NCBI GenBank assembly: GCA_965662465.1
Contig: CBFIIO010000012.1
Coordinates: 6,714-70,713, forward strand
Length of the DNA stretch: 64,000 bases
Source of the DNA: Planctomycetota bacterium
GTDB taxonomy: Bacteria > Planctomycetota > UBA1135 > UBA2386
Reading direction: 5' to 3'
Positions 36,277 through 46,051 of the stretch are shown here, piece by piece. Each line of letters begins with the position of its first letter. Within the stretch, counting starts at the first letter, position 1. The translations under genes and the position numbers were made by a program. The notes beneath the pieces are model-generated. The model did not search any database and was not told the origin of the DNA. It saw nothing but the letters and a program-made list of their open reading frames with translations.

Positions 36277-36561
36277 CTATTCAGCGAGCTTGGCACTGCT
36301 GCTAGCAATCGAGTCTAGGCCATAAACGCCCTTCAAACTGGTGATCTGGTCACGGGTTTGTTCGCCAAACACATCGCGACCCTCAAGTGCATGCAAACAA
36401 ATGCTTTCCATTAATTCCCCAAGGCTTAGATCACCGTATTCTGCAAGCCCTTTCAGGACTTTAACTAGGCGCTTTTCCATACGAACCCCAGTCTGCACAC
36501 GTGCAGTCGAACCTACTTTTTGATGCGGGGGCCCGTCACCACGGTCGATCTCTTCGCTCAT
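36277..36561 (-). CDS. small ribbon-helix-helix-like protein (94 aa), divergent from the efflux locus
   Basis: VRMEKRLVKVLKGLAEYGDLSLGELMESICLHAL fits a strand-helix-helix (CopG/Arc-like) pattern. Weak assignment. Confidence 0.45.
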   Translation of the reverse strand: MSEEIDRGDGPPHQKVGSTARVQTGVRMEKRLVKVLKGLAEYGDLSLGELMESICLHALEGRDVFGEQTRDQITSLKGVYGLDSIASSSAKLAE

Positions 36562-36649
36562 GACATGATGATACCTGTGTACACTGGTACATCAATCCAT
36601 CCCGCCGGTCGGCTAGGCCCGAGCCAGAAGTCCGCAGATTCAATACGCC

Positions 36650-37216
36650 TTGACAGCCGATACAGAACGCTACACTCTGCATAACGGTAGCACTGCTTTG
36701 CAAACTTCTCGCTCAACCCCCGTCGCGCAACCGATCCTATGGGTCGCGATCATTGCGTTGATAGTGGCGTCATTTGGTAGCCAACTGCGTATTACCAAAT
36801 GCATCGGCGGATGCGCACCAATAGCCAGTAGCTGCTGCACTGAAAACGCACCTCTGGCAAGCAAAGTATCCTGTAGCTGCTGCACCGACGACGCTACCGA
36901 CGGCGAGACACTCCCCGGGCAACACGCGAAATCTGAGAGTACCGCGGCCGGCTTCCCATCTGATGAAGATACAGACTCGATCGGCGACAGCTGTCCATCA
37001 GAGTGCTGCATCACGATCGCATTCGATACGGAACTGGCTCCGATCGACGTGCAGGACAACTTGCCGAACATGTTCGCGATGGCATTCTTGCCATCTACGA
37101 CCACATGTCTGCTAACGCCAGCACGTGAAGTTGTGAGACCACGACACTTCGATCGCGGCCCGCCGCGCGTTGACGAATGCACCGCCTTGCGCGCGTGCAC
37201 CGTGCTGCTGATCTAA
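36650..37216 (+). CDS. hypothetical single-pass membrane protein with 13 cysteines in CC/CxCC/CxxxC clusters
   Basis: TTG-initiated ORF with no ATG before the TM helix ILWVAIIALIVASFG. Cysteine clusters are KCIGGC, SSCC, SCSCC and DSCPSECC. It is co-oriented with the efflux operon and ends 95 nt upstream of it. An equally long antisense ORF (36670..37200) exists, so coding status needs confirmation. Confidence 0.4.
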   Translation: MTADTERYTLHNGSTALQTSRSTPVAQPILWVAIIALIVASFGSQLRITKCIGGCAPIASSCCTENAPLASKVSCSCCTDDATDGETLPGQHAKSESTAAGFPSDEDTDSIGDSCPSECCITIAFDTELAPIDVQDNLPNMFAMAFLPSTTTCLLTPAREVVRPRHFDRGPPRVDECTALRACTVLLI

Positions 37217-37310
37217 GGCGTCGTTCTTTCGACGTCGATCCATTCAGCCTGGCATGGCCACCGCTGTAAGCATCGACTGTTTGTCGCTTGCCTCCAGATT
37301 GAGCCACGCC

Positions 37311-38543
37311 ATGTCGGCACACAAATACTCTATCCTGCTACTCCTTGGTCTTGTGAGTTGCGTCAACTACGACCGCAACGAAACCAGCCCTGACTTGATT
37401 GCCTCCGCTGTTGAAGCGCGCCAAGGTGGAACCTTCTCTGTCGAGACGGCGATCGAATTGGCCATGCGACAGAATCCTCGACTGCGCTCATTGACTGCGA
37501 AGGTCCATGCGGCAGATGCAACAACGACTGTGCCGTTGCTAACCAAAACCGAAGCACGAGGTCGCAGCAAAAGCATAGCGACGATGATCGATCCGGTTGC
37601 ATTGCTTGGCTTCGGCCCGCGCGGTGCAGCAATAGACGCGGCCGAGACCCGCTTCGTCGAGGCGATCAAACAACTCGCCGTTGCACGATGGCAGACTGCA
37701 GCCTCAATCGTCGAAGAGTTCCATGTTCACACAGTCTTAAATCAACTGCAGGTCGCAGACATTGGGCTCAATATTGACGCCTTTGAGCGATCGGGACTCG
37801 CTTCACCTCTAGCAGCCTTGCAACTAAAGGCAGCTCAAGCCAAGGCGCAGAGCGAGCGAGTCGCCATCGCTGCGGCCATAAGCAACAACCTAACCCGACT
37901 TCGCAACCTGCTGGCTCTGCCAGACAGTGCCGAATTAAAGCTGCTTGCCATACCGGATGGTTGGATTCAGCAACCCGAGGGCACCAATGCCGAAATACTG
38001 CTGCGCCCGGATATAGCTCTCTACGCAGCAAAGTTCGAAGTTGCCGATGCTGAGTTTAAAGAGGCAGTCGAAGCCCAGTATCCATCCATACAAATCGGTC
38101 CTAATGTTTCGCTGACCGGTGACCCACTGCGGGCAATGGCAATGATAAGGCTCCCGATCGGCATGCATGGACTAGCGGAGGCGGCGCGCCAACGCCGCGA
38201 AGCAGCACGCACGGAGCTCGAAGCGGTCTTCTTAGCAGCAGTCCGCGAAGCATCGATCAATTCACAGCGATTTGCTGCCACGTCTGCACTAGCTACTTCA
38301 ACCAATGCCGCGAAAAATGCAAGCAACGCCGCAGTCGAAGCAGGGCGGATCGCAATCGAAGTTGAACTCGATGCATTCGCCAACTTCGCGGGCCTAGCAA
38401 GAGCAGCCATGCACAACACGATGGAAAACCGCCAAGCGGCGATCGCAAACGCACGTGCGGAAGTTCGAAGAGCCGCGGCTTACGGCTGGCCAAACGCGCA
38501 GTTGCTCGGCGAAGCTGCTACTGAGCAGGAGCAACAACCATGA
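37311..38543 (+). CDS. TolC-like outer-membrane efflux lipoprotein (OMF)
   Basis: The ATG at 37311 gives MSAHKYSILLLLGLVSC (lipobox LVSC); the ORF track starts at ATG 37254. Two-repeat alanine-rich coiled-coil architecture typical of OMF proteins. Confidence 0.8.
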   Translation: MSAHKYSILLLLGLVSCVNYDRNETSPDLIASAVEARQGGTFSVETAIELAMRQNPRLRSLTAKVHAADATTTVPLLTKTEARGRSKSIATMIDPVALLGFGPRGAAIDAAETRFVEAIKQLAVARWQTAASIVEEFHVHTVLNQLQVADIGLNIDAFERSGLASPLAALQLKAAQAKAQSERVAIAAAISNNLTRLRNLLALPDSAELKLLAIPDGWIQQPEGTNAEILLRPDIALYAAKFEVADAEFKEAVEAQYPSIQIGPNVSLTGDPLRAMAMIRLPIGMHGLAEAARQRREAARTELEAVFLAAVREASINSQRFAATSALATSTNAAKNASNAAVEAGRIAIEVELDAFANFAGLARAAMHNTMENRQAAIANARAEVRRAAAYGWPNAQLLGEAATEQEQQP

Positions 38544-40021
38544 GCAACGTCGATTTATCTGCATTGCGAATAGATGACACGCAAACTGCGATCCCAAAAC
38601 GTCCAATTGGACCACGTCTACTGGTAGCAGCAGTTTGCCTGCTCGCACTCGCGGTCGCAGCGACATTCCTTGTCCCCATTATCTGGCCACCGCGCGCCGT
38701 ACGTATGGAAGCCGTCCAGTCCGTCTCGCATGGAGTATCCAATTCTGCAGCCAGTGCCGCAGAGGCAGTTGGCTGGATCGAAGCCGACCCATTCAGCACA
38801 ATCGTCCAACCATTAGTCAGCGGTCATATCGAGAGCCTTGACGTGCTAGAGGGCGATGTCGTTAAGGCCAACGAAACCATCATTGCCCGACTCGTGAGCG
38901 CCGAACTGCAAGCAGCAGTTCAACGAACCCAAGCTGCCGTTGCACAGCATCAGGCACAAGTAGCGCATGCAAACGCCCAAGAAGACTTGGCGCGACAGCG
39001 TCTAGAACAAAATGCTGAGACCTTACTTAGAATCCAAGAGGCACAATCGAAGCTCGCAGCAATCCAAACGAAGCAGGCGACAGCAGTAGCAAGACTGCCT
39101 GTCATGGTCGCTAAGGCAGATAGCGCCGCTGCGACCGCACAAGCACAAGAGCGACTGCAAACATCGGGGCAAAGTTCGCCAGTAGCCCTCCAGCGAGCAA
39201 GGGCTGACAACCAAGCAGCGATTGCAGCGATTGACGAAGTCAAAGCTGAGATCAGCAGCCTACTGAGCGAGCACAAAAATCAGAAGGCCACACTCGAACT
39301 CTGCAAAGATCTTGCGGCGAACCCTGTCGATCTTCGCGGTGCACTCGCCATAACTATTACAGAAACAGCAAAGGCCAATGCACAACTCAAGCAAGCCGAG
39401 GTCGAAGTAGAAATCGCCAAACGAGAGCTCAACTGGGCAACAGTGCTGGCACCGATTGATGGTGTAGTCCTGCGCCTAGAAGCTGAACCCGGTGAGATCG
39501 TTGGCCACGCTGCAAAGGGTATCGTAACGCTCTACAATCCGGCGAAGTTGCGAGCGCGCATAGACGTACCAATCGACTCTCTTCGCGGCATACGCGAAGG
39601 CCAAGAGGTGGAGATCACTAGCGACGCGATAGGCGACGTCGTCGTAAAAGGGATCGTGCAGCGCTTCCAGCATGAGAGCGACATGCTCAAGAATACTCTG
39701 CAAGTGAAGATAGGCCTCTTCGAACCACCAGCGCTGCTGCGACCGGAGACTCTATGCCGAGCGCGATTCCTTGCTTCACAGTCCGGGGCAAACGATGGCG
39801 AACAGACCATTGTCACAGCTTTCCGCATACCACTCGCGGCGATCACTGACGGGAAGACATACATCTTCGACCCAAAGAACGGTACTGCTCGCGCGGTCAC
39901 AATCGAAGTGATCGGCGAAGAAGGCGACATGCGCATTGTTCGCGGCCCACTATCCCCAACCCATCGCGTCGTAATCGGTCAGGTGACAGATGGAGAGTCC
40001 ATCATGGAGCTGAAGCTATGA
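38540..40021 (+). CDS. HlyD-family periplasmic adaptor (membrane fusion protein) with long coiled coil
   Basis: N-terminal TM anchor LLVAAVCLLALAVAATFLV, biotinyl-lipoyl-like VSGHIESLDVLEGDVVKANETIARL, ~190-aa Q/A-rich coiled coil, and LAPIDGVVLRL. ATGA overlap with the upstream gene. Confidence 0.85.
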   Translation: MSNVDLSALRIDDTQTAIPKRPIGPRLLVAAVCLLALAVAATFLVPIIWPPRAVRMEAVQSVSHGVSNSAASAAEAVGWIEADPFSTIVQPLVSGHIESLDVLEGDVVKANETIIARLVSAELQAAVQRTQAAVAQHQAQVAHANAQEDLARQRLEQNAETLLRIQEAQSKLAAIQTKQATAVARLPVMVAKADSAAATAQAQERLQTSGQSSPVALQRARADNQAAIAAIDEVKAEISSLLSEHKNQKATLELCKDLAANPVDLRGALAITITETAKANAQLKQAEVEVEIAKRELNWATVLAPIDGVVLRLEAEPGEIVGHAAKGIVTLYNPAKLRARIDVPIDSLRGIREGQEVEITSDAIGDVVVKGIVQRFQHESDMLKNTLQVKIGLFEPPALLRPETLCRARFLASQSGANDGEQTIVTAFRIPLAAITDGKTYIFDPKNGTARAVTIEVIGEEGDMRIVRGPLSPTHRVVIGQVTDGESIMELKL

Positions 40022-40722
40022 GTTTGATTGAGTTGCACAGCGTCACAAAAATATTCGCCTCCGGGGCGGAGACGGTCACTCCCGTAGACGGCCTCAACTT
40101 CACAGTTGAACAAGGCGAGTTCGTTTGCTTGATGGGTCCATCGGGGAGCGGCAAGACCACCCTGCTACACATGCTTGCCGGTATCGACCGACCGACATCG
40201 GGCACCGTCATCGTCAGCGGTGAAGAAGTTTCTGCGATGGGCTCTAGCCAGCTCGCCAAGTGGCGCACACGGGCTGTCGGCTATGTCTTTCAGCAATACA
40301 ACTTGATCCCGGTATTGACAGCCTACGAGAACGTAGAAGTACCATTACTGCTGCTGCGAATGACCAAGCAGGACCGACAGAAGCGCGTAGCGACAGCGCT
40401 TGCCGCAGTTGGCTTGACCGATAGAGCGCATCACCTACCACGACAAATGTCTGGCGGGCAGCAACAACGTGTTGCGATTGCGCGCGCTATCGTGGCGGAC
40501 CCAGTCGTCATGTTCGCTGACGAACCGACAGGTAACCTCGACCGCGAGGCAGCTACAGCGACAATGGCGCTGCTACGGCGTCTCGTTACAGAATTTGGCA
40601 AGACGCTCGTCATGGTCACCCACGACCCTCAGGCAGCCAGTAAAGCGGATCGCATCGTCCACCTAGACAAGGGGCAAATCGTCGAAAGCGGCCAGACTAC
40701 CGGAGGGGCAATCCATGAATAA
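40018..40722 (+). CDS. ABC transporter ATP-binding protein, MacB/LolD type
   Basis: Walker [13 protein letters not shown]-loop, signature [14 protein letters not shown], Walker [14 protein letters not shown]-loop VTHD. ATGA overlap with the upstream gene. Confidence 0.95.
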   Translation: MSLIELHSVTKIFASGAETVTPVDGLNFTVEQGEFVCLMGPSGSGKTTLLHMLAGIDRPTSGTVIVSGEEVSAMGSSQLAKWRTRAVGYVFQQYNLIPVLTAYENVEVPLLLLRMTKQDRQKRVATALAAVGLTDRAHHLPRQMSGGQQQRVAIARAIVADPVVMFADEPTGNLDREAATATMALLRRLVTEFGKTLVMVTHDPQAASKADRIVHLDKGQIVESGQTTGGAIHE

Positions 40723-41857
40723 CCTGTTTAGCTTTCTGCCCTATGTGCTGCGGACCGCGTTTCGGGCCCGCACCCGTAGCCTGCTGACCGTGCTCGGCGG
40801 CACGTTCGCGATGATGCTGTTCGCATTTGTCCGAACGGTTGATGACGGGGTGAAACAACTTTCAGAGCGGACCGCACAGCCAGTATTGGTTGTATTCCAA
40901 GACAGCCGTTTTTGCCCACTGACTAGCGCGCTACCTGTTCGCTACGAGAGCGATATTCGCAAAATACCAGGCGTTCAAGATGTTCTACCGACACTTGTAT
41001 TCATCAACTCGTGCCGCTCAAACCTTGACCTAGTCACGCTCCACGGCGTGCCATTTGGACAATTAGAAAAACTATACGACCTCGATCTTATCGACGGCAG
41101 TATCGAAGACTGGAAGTCTCGTAGTGACGGAGCCCTAGTCGGTGAGCGGCTAGCCGAGCGTCGCAAACTAAAGGTTGGCAAGCGCGTCCAACTCAGCGAA
41201 GTCGATGTATACGTCAGTGGCATTATTCGAAGCGAAACGTCAGCAGTTGGAAACCTTGCGTTTGTGCCACTCGACTTACTAAGCCTAGCCAGAGAGCGGC
41301 AAGGTGCAGCAACCCAGTTCTTAGTCAAAATCGAGCCAAACGCAGATCCACAAGAGATCTCAGCCGCAATTGACGAGCACTTCCGCACGGACGAAGCGCG
41401 TACTGACACCAAAGGGATGCAAGCGTTTGTCGCAGCCGCAATCGCTGAGATCAAAGAGGTTGTAGATTTCGCCCGATGGCTGGGCTACCTCGGCGTAATC
41501 ATCATCGCGCTAGTCGTTGCCAACACGGTCTTCATCAGCGCGGAATCGCGTATCGGTGAGATGGGCGTGCTCGAAACCGTCGGCATGCAAAAGCCAATGC
41601 TGATGGCTTTGATTGCGGGCGAAGGCATCGGGTTGGGCATGATCGGTGGCATCTTCGGCACAGCAATCGTCACCATCATGTTGATCATCTGGCCAGTCAC
41701 TCTCGGCGTAGAGGGCCACGGTATCGATCTTGCACCGAGCGTGCGCATGGTGACCCAGTCGCTGTTAGCAGCACTGGTAGTAGGCATCGTAGCATCACTA
41801 CCGCCAGCAATCGCAGTGGCACGCCGACCACTTTACCTCGGGGTAAAGGCAAACTAA
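40715..41857 (+). CDS. FtsX/MacB-type ABC permease (4-TM, large periplasmic loop), copy 1
   Basis: N-terminal TM, ~230-aa periplasmic domain and a C-terminal 3-TM FtsX bundle (VIIIALVVANTVFISAESRIGEMGVLETVGMQK). It overlaps the ATPase gene by 8 nt. Confidence 0.85.
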   Translation: MNNLFSFLPYVLRTAFRARTRSLLTVLGGTFAMMLFAFVRTVDDGVKQLSERTAQPVLVVFQDSRFCPLTSALPVRYESDIRKIPGVQDVLPTLVFINSCRSNLDLVTLHGVPFGQLEKLYDLDLIDGSIEDWKSRSDGALVGERLAERRKLKVGKRVQLSEVDVYVSGIIRSETSAVGNLAFVPLDLLSLARERQGAATQFLVKIEPNADPQEISAAIDEHFRTDEARTDTKGMQAFVAAAIAEIKEVVDFARWLGYLGVIIIALVVANTVFISAESRIGEMGVLETVGMQKPMLMALIAGEGIGLGMIGGIFGTAIVTIMLIIWPVTLGVEGHGIDLAPSVRMVTQSLLAALVVGIVASLPPAIAVARRPLYLGVKAN

Positions 41858-42996
41858 TGCTGCCCTTCAGCTACCTACTTCGCAACTTACTGCGCCGCCG
41901 CTTGCGCACACTGGTGACAGTGTTAGGGGTCGCAGCCACGACATTACTTGTCATCATGATGAGCGCATTCGCTGAGGGAATGCACGAAGCAGCAGCGGGC
42001 AACGTACGTCATGACTCAGTGTATCTACTAGGCTCCTCCGCCGAAGTAGATCTAGTGCGATCAGTAGTTTCTCGCGGCCATGCCGAAGTTGCTGCTGCAT
42101 CAGTCGAGGGCGTCCTAAAAGTTGGAAGCCTACGTGCGGCATCGATCGAATTGCATATTGCCACCCGCAATGGCACTCAAGTTGGCTTGCTCCGCGGCGT
42201 CACCGAATCAGCTTACCTCACCCATCCAAGCGTCAGTGTGACCAAGGGTCGGGAACCACGAGCACCGTATGAGCTAATGATCGGATCGCTTGCCGCAGCA
42301 CGCATGGGCCTTCAGCCTGAAGACGTTGCAATTGGCCAGACGATGGAATTGGAACACAAACCGTTCACAATCGTCGGGCACTTCTCGGCACCGGGCACGG
42401 TTTACGAAGCTGAATTATGGGCCCGCTTGAGCGACGTAATGCTGGTTACGAAACGTGAAGACGTTTCTTGCGTCGTTCTACGACTCGAAGACCCAAGCAA
42501 GCTTAAAGGCGTCCGCAAATTTGCAGGCGAGCGTGTAGACCTCGAAATTTCCGCAGTGCCCGAACCGGTGCTGATGCGTCAATTAGCCAGCAGTCTGACC
42601 CCGATCGCGGAGCTGGCGCGCTGGATGGCCTTCATGGCCGTCATTGCCGGCGCATTTGCTTGCGCAAATACCATGTTTGCCGCCGTGCTAGCCCGCACCA
42701 GCGAATTAGCAACGCTACGCTCTCTCGGCTACTCACCGACAGCCGTCGCAACCGCATTAGTCCAAGAGTCTATCCTGGTTTCGTTCCTCGGTGGAGCAAT
42801 CGGACTACTCATTGCCCTTGGCATCGGCGACATCTCGCTGCGCTACCCTATGGGAGCGTTGCTCTTGGAAGCTGATCTCACAAACCGCGCCACTGGACTC
42901 GGTGCTGCGTTAATATCAGGACTACTTGGCGGCATTTTGCCAGCAGTCCGAGCCGTTCGCCTACCACTAGTCGAGGCCATTGGAGGCCGTGCATGA
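41857..42996 (+). CDS. FtsX/MacB-type ABC permease, copy 2
   Basis: Same architecture as copy 1 (AFACANTMFAAVLARTSELATLRSLGYS). TAATG junction with copy 1. Confidence 0.85.
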   Translation: MLPFSYLLRNLLRRRLRTLVTVLGVAATTLLVIMMSAFAEGMHEAAAGNVRHDSVYLLGSSAEVDLVRSVVSRGHAEVAAASVEGVLKVGSLRAASIELHIATRNGTQVGLLRGVTESAYLTHPSVSVTKGREPRAPYELMIGSLAAARMGLQPEDVAIGQTMELEHKPFTIVGHFSAPGTVYEAELWARLSDVMLVTKREDVSCVVLRLEDPSKLKGVRKFAGERVDLEISAVPEPVLMRQLASSLTPIAELARWMAFMAVIAGAFACANTMFAAVLARTSELATLRSLGYSPTAVATALVQESILVSFLGGAIGLLIALGIGDISLRYPMGALLLEADLTNRATGLGAALISGLLGGILPAVRAVRLPLVEAIGGRA

Positions 42997-43526
42997 TGTC
43001 TAAACTATCCCGCTCTCTTTCATTGCTGATGCTGCTTGCCTCTTGTGGCCAAGCGGAGCCAACAAATACAGCGAACCCAGACAACCCAACAAATGCGCTG
43101 GTGATCGATGTAGACCCAGGTAAAGCCACTACTGTTGTCAAAGCCAAGTCAAACGGACCGAGTGAAGGCATCATCATCGAAGGTCGCATCTTCGACATCA
43201 CAAAGGGTTTCGCCCTAATGAAGATGATGGACCTCTCAATGGACTACTGCGGACAACTCAACAAAGAAGAGACGTGCCCTACCCCGTGGGACTTTTGCTG
43301 TGACAACCAAGACGATATCACAGCCCACAGCGTGCTTGTGAAAGCCGTAGATGCCAGCGGTGAAACGATCGAAGCCGACTCGCTCGCCAACCTTCGCCTA
43401 CTCGACGAGATCAAGGTGAAGGGCGAGCTGATCAAAGATGATTATGGCAATCTAGTGCTGCTAGCGACTGGCTGGTTCCGCGCCAAGCGTCCGGATTTAC
43501 CCAGCTACATAAAGTGGCCGGAATAA
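42993..43526 (+). CDS. hypothetical lipoprotein with C-x8-C-x6-CC motif, last gene of the efflux operon
   Basis: MMSKLSRSLSLLMLLASC (lipobox LLASC) and the cysteine motif DYCGQLNKEETCPTPWDFCC. The beta-rich remainder could be OB-like (inference). ATGA overlap with permease 2. Confidence 0.6.
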   Translation: MMSKLSRSLSLLMLLASCGQAEPTNTANPDNPTNALVIDVDPGKATTVVKAKSNGPSEGIIIEGRIFDITKGFALMKMMDLSMDYCGQLNKEETCPTPWDFCCDNQDDITAHSVLVKAVDASGETIEADSLANLRLLDEIKVKGELIKDDYGNLVLLATGWFRAKRPDLPSYIKWPE

Positions 43527-43733
43527 CTAACCGGAGCAAGTATCGGGAACCCGTCGCAAGGGTTTGCGTTGATTGCAATTGTTCAGCCGACAGGCTTAAT
43601 ACAACGCAACAAACGTAACCCCTCGGATCATGTGCCAACAATTCTTCGTAAACGGCAACACCGCGGCGCTTTCGTTTGCAGTCTAGTGATTCGCGACGAG
43701 CCGCGGGGCCTCTGACGCGGTAAGACTAACGCT

Positions 43734-44942
43734 GTGCGATACGAACACCGCATTCACGCAGCGCGGTCGACGAACGAATACGTCTTCCATCAGTTATTGC
43801 CATACCTCGGCAACAAGCGACATTTGCTCGATCTAATTGGTCGCGCAATCGCTGGGACTGGCTGCGCCACCGAATCGTCTACCTTTGTCGATGCGTTTGC
43901 TGGCAGCGGCGTAGTCTCACGATATGCCAAGCGATTAGGCTTCTCGGTTATTGCCAACGATTGCGAGCCCTATGCGTTCACAGTGAACACAGCGGCCCTA
44001 CTGCACGATCAGCAGCCACCAATGCAAAAGCTTGGCAACTACCAAGCTGCCATAGAAAAGCTCAACGCATTAGAAGGTGTCGATGGATGGGTGACGCGCA
44101 CGCTATGCCCTGAAAACGACGATGATCCTGACCCGCTTCGCGAGCGCATGTTCTACCGAAGAGCGAACGGTCAACGCATCGACGCTATTCGGCAACAAAT
44201 CGCAGACTGGACCAGCGCAGGCTTGTGCAACAGATCTGATGCCCAGTGCCTACTAGCGCCATTGCTATACCAAGCATGCTGGCTGGCAAACACGAGCGGT
44301 GTCTTCAAAGGATTCCATGCTGGCTGGGGAGGCAAGAGCGGCACCGCGCTGCATCGCATCCTCGCGGATCTACAACTACTGCCGCTCCAGTTCTGTAGCA
44401 GCAATCGCCAACACCAAGTGTTGATGATGGACGCGCTAAACCTGCAAGACGTAATTACAGACTGTGCCGATATTGCCTATCTCGACCCGCCCTACAACCA
44501 GCACCCCTACGCAAGCAACTACCATGTGCTCAACTCTCTGATTCAATGGGATCAGCCAAACCTGCCTCCCGCCACGCAGCGCGGGTTCAAAGCTGCAATT
44601 CGCCCGGACTGGCGCGATCGTCGCAGCCCTTTTAACGAAAGACGCGGTGCGGCTAATGCTATGCAGCGATTGCTTAACAGCATGAATGCCCGCCATCTAC
44701 TGATCAGCTACAGCACCGATGGCATGATTGCCACCGAACGCCTGCTCAGTGATGCGAGCGAACTAGGCGCCCTAACGGTCTACTGCCGAAGCTACAAGCG
44801 CTACCGCACCAGCCCAACGCGTCCCTCACCACGGGCGCAAAACGTCGAATTCGTTCTGCACGTCAATCGCGAACGACCTTCGCAGCCAAACCAAGCGCAG
44901 CGAGTGCTTGATGAAATCAACAGTGCGAATCAACCAGCCTGA
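43734..44942 (+). CDS. solitary N6-adenine DNA methyltransferase, D12 class (alpha group; resembles the M.FokI N-terminal / NlaIII-type subfamily)
   Basis: GTG start. Motifs PYLGNKRHLL, motif I FVDAFAGSGVV, motif IV AYLDPPYNQHPYASNYHVLN, and C-terminal HLLISYSTDG. The order of motif I, TRD and motif IV defines the alpha group. Confidence 0.8.
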   Translation: MRYEHRIHAARSTNEYVFHQLLPYLGNKRHLLDLIGRAIAGTGCATESSTFVDAFAGSGVVSRYAKRLGFSVIANDCEPYAFTVNTAALLHDQQPPMQKLGNYQAAIEKLNALEGVDGWVTRTLCPENDDDPDPLRERMFYRRANGQRIDAIRQQIADWTSAGLCNRSDAQCLLAPLLYQACWLANTSGVFKGFHAGWGGKSGTALHRILADLQLLPLQFCSSNRQHQVLMMDALNLQDVITDCADIAYLDPPYNQHPYASNYHVLNSLIQWDQPNLPPATQRGFKAAIRPDWRDRRSPFNERRGAANAMQRLLNSMNARHLLISYSTDGMIATERLLSDASELGALTVYCRSYKRYRTSPTRPSPRAQNVEFVLHVNRERPSQPNQAQRVLDEINSANQPA

Positions 44943-45043
44943 CGATCGAACTGCGATGGCAAACACGCAACTTGATCGTCAGAAGCTGGCTGACCAAGAC
45001 GTCGATTGTGCGACTCCTAGCAACCGTGCAATTGTCGCATCTG

Positions 45044-46051
45044 TTACTTACCTGGCTTACTTAACCCAGCTTTCTTCGCTGACTTTTCGGAACCGTCTTT
45101 AGCTTTGCCAACTTTGATTTTTCGCGGGGCTGGCAAGTAATGGATGCCATTTTCACTGCGAGTGGTATCCAGCGCAAACGCGTCGCGGTTGTCTAGAAAG
45201 TCGATCACATACTTGGAAGGAATCGCAAAGTTCAGCCCCTGCATCCCCGTATAACCGGAGCTATTGACGCCAACCACTTCGCCTCTCAAGTTGAACAGTG
45301 GACCGCCCGAGTTTCCTGGATTGATAGGCGTCGTGATCTGGAAGTGGCAGCGACCTTCGAAGGTTCGATTCGTGACGCTAACGATGCCGCTTGAAACGGT
45401 TCGATCGAGACCAATTGGAGCGCCAATTGCATAGACCGAATCGCCAACGTTCATCTCATCACTCGCGCCCAAAAACACGGTCTTCAACTGAAGGTCTTTT
45501 GGCGGATCCATTTTGACCAGGGCAAGGTCCATCGCCGGATTGATTGCGGCGACCTTGGCCTTACGAATCGTGCGCGGTTCAAATCCATCACTAGTGACGG
45601 AGTAAACAACAACATCAACCTCAACTTCCCCCTCGACCACGTGGAAGTTGGTAACAAGCCAACCATCCTCATGCGTAATGAAGCCAGAGCCAAGACCGCC
45701 GCCAGTCTCAACTTTGACCACGGCTTCGCCCATCAACTTTGATCCTTCGGCTACTGACAGCTGCGGCAACTCAGCCTTTGACCAAAGTTCCTGCCTAACC
45801 ACACCACCTGTGCGCTTGCCTTCGACAGTTTCTCGACGCAGCACTGATGCAAGCGGAATACGCAGCACATCGAACCCGACATCCAGCAAAATCATCTGCT
45901 CGGTGGCACGTAAGACGCGGCCCTGAACCTTACTACCGTTGCCTAGGTCCAATACCTCGATCTGGCCTGCGGGCCGCAATGTCGGCAGAGGCGGATCAAC
46001 TGGAGTGGGATCTTGCAGAGAGAAGAACAGAGACAACGTTGCCAGCAGCAT
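45044..46051 (-). CDS. trypsin-like serine protease (S1C/HtrA-like catalytic domain, no obvious PDZ), K-rich C-terminal tail
   Basis: Catalytic triad contexts TNFHVVEG (His), DLALVKM (Asp) and GNSGGPLFN (Ser). ORF track starts at TTG 46156; I use the ATG at 46051 (MLLATLSLFFSLQ). Start uncertain. Confidence 0.8.
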   Translation of the reverse strand: MLLATLSLFFSLQDPTPVDPPLPTLRPAGQIEVLDLGNGSKVQGRVLRATEQMILLDVGFDVLRIPLASVLRRETVEGKRTGGVVRQELWSKAELPQLSVAEGSKLMGEAVVKVETGGGLGSGFITHEDGWLVTNFHVVEGEVEVDVVVYSVTSDGFEPRTIRKAKVAAINPAMDLALVKMDPPKDLQLKTVFLGASDEMNVGDSVYAIGAPIGLDRTVSSGIVSVTNRTFEGRCHFQITTPINPGNSGGPLFNLRGEVVGVNSSGYTGMQGLNFAIPSKYVIDFLDNRDAFALDTTRSENGIHYLPAPRKIKVGKAKDGSEKSAKKAGLSKPGK

